Positions 60,901-64,000 of a DNA stretch of 64,000 nucleotides are shown piece after piece. The stretch's first letter is position 1. Each line of letters begins with the position of its first letter. The stretch spans positions 2,796 through 66,795 of the forward strand of contig PLYR01000104.1 of the NCBI GenBank assembly GCA_003153435.1, in the 5' to 3' direction. This DNA is from Bacteroidota bacterium (GTDB taxonomy: Bacteria > Bacteroidota > Bacteroidia > Palsa-965). The position numbers and the translations under genes were made by a program. The notes beneath the pieces are model-generated. The model made no database searches. It had not been told where the DNA came from and saw nothing but the letters and a program-made list of their open reading frames with translations.

Positions 60901-61144
60901 TCAGATCGGTGCATTCAAGGAGCAGGTTCCGATTGAGATTGCTAATAAATTCATTTTACTGGCCAAAAGAGGAGTCAAAAACTTCACCGATGAAAACGGG
61001 TTAACTGTTTATACCATCGGCATCGTAACCAGCTATGATGATGCCGTCTTCCTCAAAGAAGAGGCTATAGCCAAAGGTATTCCGGATGCCTTCATCCTGG
61101 CCTACAAGGACGGGAAAAAGGTATCTGTTTCCGATGTGAAATAA
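54986..61144 (+). CDS. giant (~2050 aa) envelope protein: signal peptide, TPR, TolB-like PD40 repeats, CarboxypepD_reg-like domain, ~1300-aa Lys/Glu/Ala-rich repetitive coiled-coil-like region, three C-terminal SPOR domains
   Basis: The N-terminal ~450 aa are paralogous to the gene at 6551-8551 (YRYGVCLLEA / YRIGVCYVNS; YGRALQLSYRFNDAINAYSKYK / LGRANHLNYQFDKAIDFYTRFK; PD40 repeats DKNEIYFSS..., NGMVLYFASKGHNSMGGYDIF, EKTAYFASRRASEKGRIDVY). The three SPOR blocks begin FKVQIGAFKRT, YAVQIGVYSKP and FKVQIGAFKEQ, each ending ...KDAF(V/I)(V/L)A. The ATG at 54986 replaces the track's TTG at 54932. Confidence 0.8.
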   Translation: MNKRIFSHIILLWGIIFFLQIPLHAQNDLSSEEALRKEAQKVFDDEDYPTALKYYLRLLSANIKDPLYNYRYGVCLLEASADKEEAIKYMEKAVKDPSLDKEVFYYYGRALQLSYRFNDAINAYSKYKSLVSESKAKKLQIDHLIETCHNGKTLLRKITDIQVIDKKNLEEKDFFRSYDLSDIGGRLLIKPDDFRTGLDKKKKDNSIIFLSPDKNEIYFSSYGSSDENGKDIYVITRLPSGEYGKPVSLGYPINTEFDEDYPFLHPNGMVLYFASKGHNSMGGYDIFKSERNSETGAWGKPVNLDFPISTPDDDILFVTDKDEKTAYFASRRASEKGRIDVYHINLQRKPVDVCVFKGTFLPLDGKSKAAKITVKNVDINEVEAVLSASEALGEYTYNLPNGGKFVVTVETAEGDIQSDVLMIPQQFETVPIRQEITYIDGKLHVNTFFGENHGEDDKYSLVTELIKEKARMDVNLSKAAVEATQSATEKADSARVADSTLTASKLPQKHLSNEDLIKIADQDAADLDKEAKDLREAADKALQIVNDKNIKVQDEGKKLQEANDALTAATDAGDKQIQAARVDLLQNQRNNAEIEAVGANNFFNTLDSEASRKKKEADLSKQYAADLAAAIKSNSKDAMTKLDAQKEELDKFTEDKSKEDDPVTAIRKEAAAKQKEENSAREESASIREEIKGMEAEVENLGREEGATTNPQLKEGLKGQISGLKEDIIKKKNDLTTNDLKVGKLQKEAENLNSQASLVYQMNEQIKSGQVPVSSEAIDKDKLNQQISTYHPKVLSTTVNSDQALVHDTSRVITETPGDSTLRSSVVKEDKVKKDSEKDSQGKYVEQEASFTKAIADADNKTGDLEKEQAKAEAYKQWSDAISHRIEDKNTELKATTDPTRQSQLNEVITALTKEKEEKQHQADESLDKVNKLKQAPPVAASEADYARHYENRIATLDSTSGKPAQAQAKAEIYKDWASAIRNDATKKKTEMEASKDPSEKAKLKEEIAQLEKDAETKETTQKELLASVPVKQKEEDHQTEEPATVNAAVYKNKLTAVESLPTQESKDSAKAQIYQEWAASLNQDLKTRKEKLTSIIEPDKKKAEEKAISELETEVTSKNEEAARLTEIVADRKTRPVNTTALAPTDTASQTRAHSTEPAVTKTGTEPAVVKTTAVLPPVKKAVDPSYPLTSPSSVATNEERKQLETEAAILKIRADTARAQADKLSGPEHDAKQKESEDLYKAFSMKEYDASNAGAKVSLMEYGANEQKLNQYELKTNTSTDPALTQAETFTDAAKAFYAKAKEQREAAQKTDNPKLREENIKLAEENENHAIESQSKALKIYESSFPDLVIRAAAEPRHVRVDSTLDDDAIIAARVAAAKKEHDAATGHKDENGHKDDVKTAPVVVASHTDENKTGVGTDHTVVTTSHTDENKNPGHTEAVETKHTDHTEASEPNHTGGSDSAKSEHAAIVVPSHTREEDSVATARKVEVTAKVATLKAEEDVFLEAATANNHQADDVQIEGQRLARESGKMNNDNSNMPDDASKEAARTLSKEYEERAKQNFAKADSIRAVAQDFNRKAQEKKKEREDLMVSLDPNYKRSTPVKTDKTEVGSITINKETPVGDKNPVSEPRTGTKLVGGLVKETFLIATSASVPKQIELDPKMPEGLVFKVQIGAFKRTLSGDEFKGVRPLTGETTTKGFIRYTAGLFSKFESADKAKKSIQALGFKDAFVVAFLNGKRISVADAQTMIRTGEIPASVLGGGTTPPVADGGNHTVADGGNHTPAVESHQGNDQLPAVTHTNPGAIAKSTPVTGVSGLFYAVQIGVYSKPVSNEKIYGIQPLNTETLENGNLRYTSGQYADPLKAEEAKRKIVELGIKDAFVVAYKDGKRVGQGGAARAVTPAAVPAKKSETEPGEVKPNTPAIDKKLSHHKSVIPTASTVTDVKPGDFSRYDNKEIPMVKGDTGVVFKVQIGAFKEQVPIEIANKFILLAKRGVKNFTDENGLTVYTIGIVTSYDDAVFLKEEAIAKGIPDAFILAYKDGKKVSVSDVK
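60293..60340 (+). repeat. 24-nt imperfect tandem duplication (x2) encoding VADGGNHT-VADGGNHT in the linker between SPOR1 and SPOR2
   Basis: Read directly: gttgctgatggtggtaatcatact / gtggcagatggaggcaatcacact. Confidence 0.6.
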
Positions 61145-61215
61145 GTAGTACCGGAATTTTGAATTTTGCCTGAAGCCGGGTAATTTTGTACCTGCAAACA
61201 GCTGATCAGGAGATT

Positions 61216-61515
61216 ATGAAAAAGCATCCTTTCTTCCAAAACCCTGCTCCGGAAGTTGAGCTTCTGGAGAAAGAAGAAGTTGCAGTCAGTCCTCAGCATG
61301 CCATAATCCTCTATAACGATGACGTGAATACCTTTGAACATGTCATCGAGATGCTTATTACCTATTGCGACCACCAACCTGAACAAGCCGAACAATGTGC
61401 CTATATTGTTCATTATAACGGAAAGTGTTTAGTCAAAAACGGATCGTATGATGATCTGGTACCGGTGTGTTCTGCCTTGCTCGACCAGGGTCTGAGCGCC
61501 AAGATTGAAGCCTGA
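61216..61515 (+). CDS. clpS: ATP-dependent Clp protease adaptor ClpS
   Basis: ClpS core (VILYNDDVNTFEHVIEMLITYC..., 100 aa). The ATG at 61216 is preceded by AGGAG. The track's TTG start at 61186 is rejected. Confidence 0.8.
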   Translation: MKKHPFFQNPAPEVELLEKEEVAVSPQHAIILYNDDVNTFEHVIEMLITYCDHQPEQAEQCAYIVHYNGKCLVKNGSYDDLVPVCSALLDQGLSAKIEA

Positions 61516-61669
61516 CCTTTCTGCTTGAGTAATCTTTAACTATCCAGGGTTCTTTCAGCTTATAGCCTTTAAATGGAGGTATCTGTTTGTGAATTACTAG
61601 GTCTAATATTAATTTGAATATTGGCTTCAAAAAGTTACTTTTGAAACTTCTTCACAAAAACAATCAGCT

Positions 61670-62881
61670 ATGAATATTCACGAATATCAGGGGAAAGGAA
61701 TTCTTAAAGGATTTGGGGTGGCAATCCAGGAAGGTATTGTTGCCGATACTCCGGAAAAGGCTGTGGATGCTGCCAAAGAACTTCAGAAGACAACAGGTAC
61801 CGGATGGTTTGTAGTGAAAGCACAGATCCATGCCGGGGGCAGAGGTAAAGGTAAGATCGTCGGATCCGAACAACGGGGTGTAGCACTTGCTAAATCTGTT
61901 GATGCGGTTAAGGAAATCTCCACGAACATCCTCGGTCATAATCTGGTAACCGCACAAACCAGTGCAACCGGAAAACTGGTAAAGAAGGTCCTCGTTGCTC
62001 AGGATGTTTATTACCCGGGTGAAACGCCAACCAAAGAATTTTATATCAGTGTACTACTGAATCGTCAAAAAGGGCGAAATATAATTATGTACTCCACAGA
62101 AGGAGGAATGAATATTGAAGAAGTTGCAGAGAAGACCCCTCACCTCATTTTTAAGGAGGAAGTGGATCCGAAGGTGGGTCTCCAGGCTTTTCAATGCCGT
62201 AAGATTGCATATAACCTGGGCCTAGAAGGAGAAGCCCTGAAGAATATGGTGAAGTTTGTGGCTTCCTTGTACAAAGCATACGAAAGTATTGATGCTTCTC
62301 TTTTCGAGATTAACCCGGTACTGAAAACATCCGACAATAAAATCATTGCGGTTGACTCAAAGGTATCGCTTGACAATAACGCTCTTTTCCGTCATCCTGA
62401 TTATGCAGCACTCCGTGATGAATCTGAAGAAGATCCAACAGAGGTTGAAGCAGGGAAACATTCCCTGAACTATGTTAAGCTGGATGGAAACGTAGGTTGT
62501 ATGGTAAACGGAGCCGGACTGGCTATGGCCACCATGGATATCATAAAACTTTCCGGAGGAGATCCTGCGAACTTCCTGGATGTGGGAGGTACCGCTAACG
62601 CAGCCAGGGTAGAACAGGCATTCCGTATCATCCTTCGGGATGAGCATGTGAAGGCCATTCTGGTGAATATTTTTGGAGGGATTGTCCGTTGCGACCGTGT
62701 CGCCCAGGGAATCGTGGATGCTTATAAAAATATGGGCACCATTCAGGTACCTATTATTGTAAGGCTTCAGGGAACGAACGCTGTAGAAGCTAAGAAAATC
62801 ATTGATGAATCAGGTCTTAAAGTTTTTTCCGCCATACAACTGCAGGATGCTGCAGATCTGGTGAAGAAAGTCCTGAATTAA
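61670..62881 (+). CDS. sucC: succinate--CoA ligase (ADP-forming) beta subunit
   Basis: MNIHEYQGKGILKGFGVAIQEG ATP-grasp N-terminus and a C-terminal CoA-ligase domain (NIFGGIVRCD). Confidence 0.9.
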   Translation: MNIHEYQGKGILKGFGVAIQEGIVADTPEKAVDAAKELQKTTGTGWFVVKAQIHAGGRGKGKIVGSEQRGVALAKSVDAVKEISTNILGHNLVTAQTSATGKLVKKVLVAQDVYYPGETPTKEFYISVLLNRQKGRNIIMYSTEGGMNIEEVAEKTPHLIFKEEVDPKVGLQAFQCRKIAYNLGLEGEALKNMVKFVASLYKAYESIDASLFEINPVLKTSDNKIIAVDSKVSLDNNALFRHPDYAALRDESEEDPTEVEAGKHSLNYVKLDGNVGCMVNGAGLAMATMDIIKLSGGDPANFLDVGGTANAARVEQAFRIILRDEHVKAILVNIFGGIVRCDRVAQGIVDAYKNMGTIQVPIIVRLQGTNAVEAKKIIDESGLKVFSAIQLQDAADLVKKVLN

Positions 62882-62900
62882 CGCAAGCATAGAAAAGCAA

Positions 62901-62931
62901 AAAGGCTGCCTCCAATAGGGGCAGCCTTTTT
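62901..62931. terminator. bidirectional rho-independent terminator (GGCTGCC-loop-GGCAGCC, A-run upstream, T5 downstream) between sucC and the convergent lipoprotein gene
   Basis: Read from the sequence: aaaaaggctgcctccaataggggcagccttttt. Confidence 0.75.
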
Positions 62932-62950
62932 CGTTATGAGAGATTCTTTC

Positions 62951-63376
62951 TTATTTGATCAGTGTAAGTGATTGTTTAAGACCAGAGTTTTCCATAGAGA
63001 AAACCATTTTGCTGGCACTCAGTTCTACTACTTTAGAAACGATACCACCTTTTTCTTTCGCTGAATCTTCAACGAGGGTCATTTGTGTAGCATCATCACT
63101 CAAAGCCCATTTTCCTTTGGTTTGGTTACCCATCATTTTAACAGCGTAGGATCCGTCTTTGTTAAATTCGAAAGTGCAAGACTTCTTCATTTCTTCACAC
63201 TGAGCCTTGCTTTGTACTTCCAACACTTTTTTCAGTGAATCCGGAAGTTCTTTAGGAGCTTCTGAAGACATGTCCCCAACCTTCCAGGCTCCGGCAACAA
63301 GATCTGATTTTTTTCCACTGCAGGCTACCAGAGTAACCACTACAGCAACGAAAAGGATACTGAATACTTTTTTCAT
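62951..63376 (-). CDS. hypothetical lipoprotein
   Basis: MKKVFSILFVAVVVTLVACSG lipoprotein signal. Small, mixed alpha/beta. Confidence 0.5.
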   Translation of the reverse strand: MKKVFSILFVAVVVTLVACSGKKSDLVAGAWKVGDMSSEAPKELPDSLKKVLEVQSKAQCEEMKKSCTFEFNKDGSYAVKMMGNQTKGKWALSDDATQMTLVEDSAKEKGGIVSKVVELSASKMVFSMENSGLKQSLTLIK

Positions 63377-63472
63377 TTTCTACTTAGTTTTTGGTTGAGG
63401 TTAATTTGAAGTTCAAATATAGGAATTAAGTGATTTGCAGCTTGATCTTGTGTAAAATATAGAATCAATTGG

Positions 63473-64000
63473 TCAATGGGCTTTACGATGAGGGGGGCGG
63501 CTGGAACCTTGCTTGCTGCCAGAATGGGATGATCCCGATCCTCCGCTTCCTCTGGATTGTCCTTTCCCGCCCTTTCCGAATTTTGAACGGGGTTCATAAA
63601 CAGCACCTGCTTCTAACCCTTCGGGGAGGGGTATTTTCTGAACAGATTTCTCCAGAAACTTTTCAATGCGCTGGAATTTTTCACGGTCCTTGTCATTCAC
63701 AAAAGTGATTGCAACACCGGTTGATTCAGCCCGTGCGGTACGACCAATGCGGTGGATATAGTCCTCCGCATCACCAGGCACATCGAAGTTAATGACCAGG
63801 CCTATATCGTCAATGTCAATACCACGGGAAACGATATCCGTGGCCACCAATCCCTGAATCTGACGGCTCTTGAACAGGCGCATCACATCTTCCCGTTCGC
63901 TTTGCTCCAGATCGGAGTGTATAGATCTTACACTGAGTTTTTGTTTTCTAAGTTCTGTTTCAAGGCTCTTCACCGTTTCTTTGCGGGAAGCAAAGATGAT
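63473..64000 (-). CDS. DEAD-box ATP-dependent RNA helicase, C-terminal portion (gene continues beyond window end), with Gly/Arg/Ser-rich tail
   Basis: Helicase C-domain motifs V (LVATDIVSRGIDI) and VI (HRIGRTAR), then a GGKGQSRGSGGSGSS...RPPHRKAH tail. The frame is open to the window edge. Confidence 0.8.
   Translation of the reverse strand: MIFASRKETVKSLETELRKQKLSVRSIHSDLEQSEREDVMRLFKSRQIQGLVATDIVSRGIDIDDIGLVINFDVPGDAEDYIHRIGRTARAESTGVAITFVNDKDREKFQRIEKFLEKSVQKIPLPEGLEAGAVYEPRSKFGKGGKGQSRGSGGSGSSHSGSKQGSSRPPHRKAH

Noticed and set aside
1-64000. tRNA, rRNA, integrase/transposase, prophage or toxin-antitoxin signatures
   Set aside because: Scanning found no cloverleaf-compatible GTTCGAATC-type T-arms in non-coding stretches, no rRNA-like conserved blocks and no recombinase-like ORFs. 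The window appears to be stable core chromosome.

Overview
This 64 kb window looks like a Bacteroidota (Bacteroidetes-type) chromosomal segment. The clues are T9SS C-terminal sorting domains, a SusC/SusD pair, TAnnTTTG-like -7 promoter motifs, signal peptides ending ...AQ, and frequent 4-nt gene overlaps. Coding density is high, with about 55 protein genes. No tRNA or rRNA genes, CRISPR array, integrase or transposase were seen.

Recognisable housekeeping genes include rlmD/rumA, ornithine aminotransferase, maf, kdsC, a System I cytochrome c maturation cluster (ccmB-C-D-E-F, no ccmA), ssb, recN, fabI, folP, tpiA, prmA, plsY, clpS, sucC and the C-terminal part of a DEAD-box helicase.

Three parts deserve most attention. 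First, two paralogous envelope proteins share a TPR / TolB-like (PD40) beta-propeller / CarboxypepD_reg-like N-terminal half. One is 667 aa with a single C-terminal SPOR domain. The other is about 2050 aa, with a roughly 1300-aa Lys/Glu-rich repetitive insert and three C-terminal SPOR domains. Second, an SPFH (Band_7_1, YdjI-like) protein fused to a C-terminal DUF4339-like module, in an operon with a helical-repeat protein, next to a 370-nt repeat-rich intergenic element. Third, a roughly 10 kb stretch of uncharacterised secreted, outer-membrane and T9SS-type proteins at 27.7-37.3 kb, plus a domain-less 1490-aa secreted protein.

The supplied ORF track often begins ORFs at the first TTG or GTG after a stop. 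Start coordinates were re-read from the sequence and corrected where an obvious ATG, signal peptide or family N-terminus exists.
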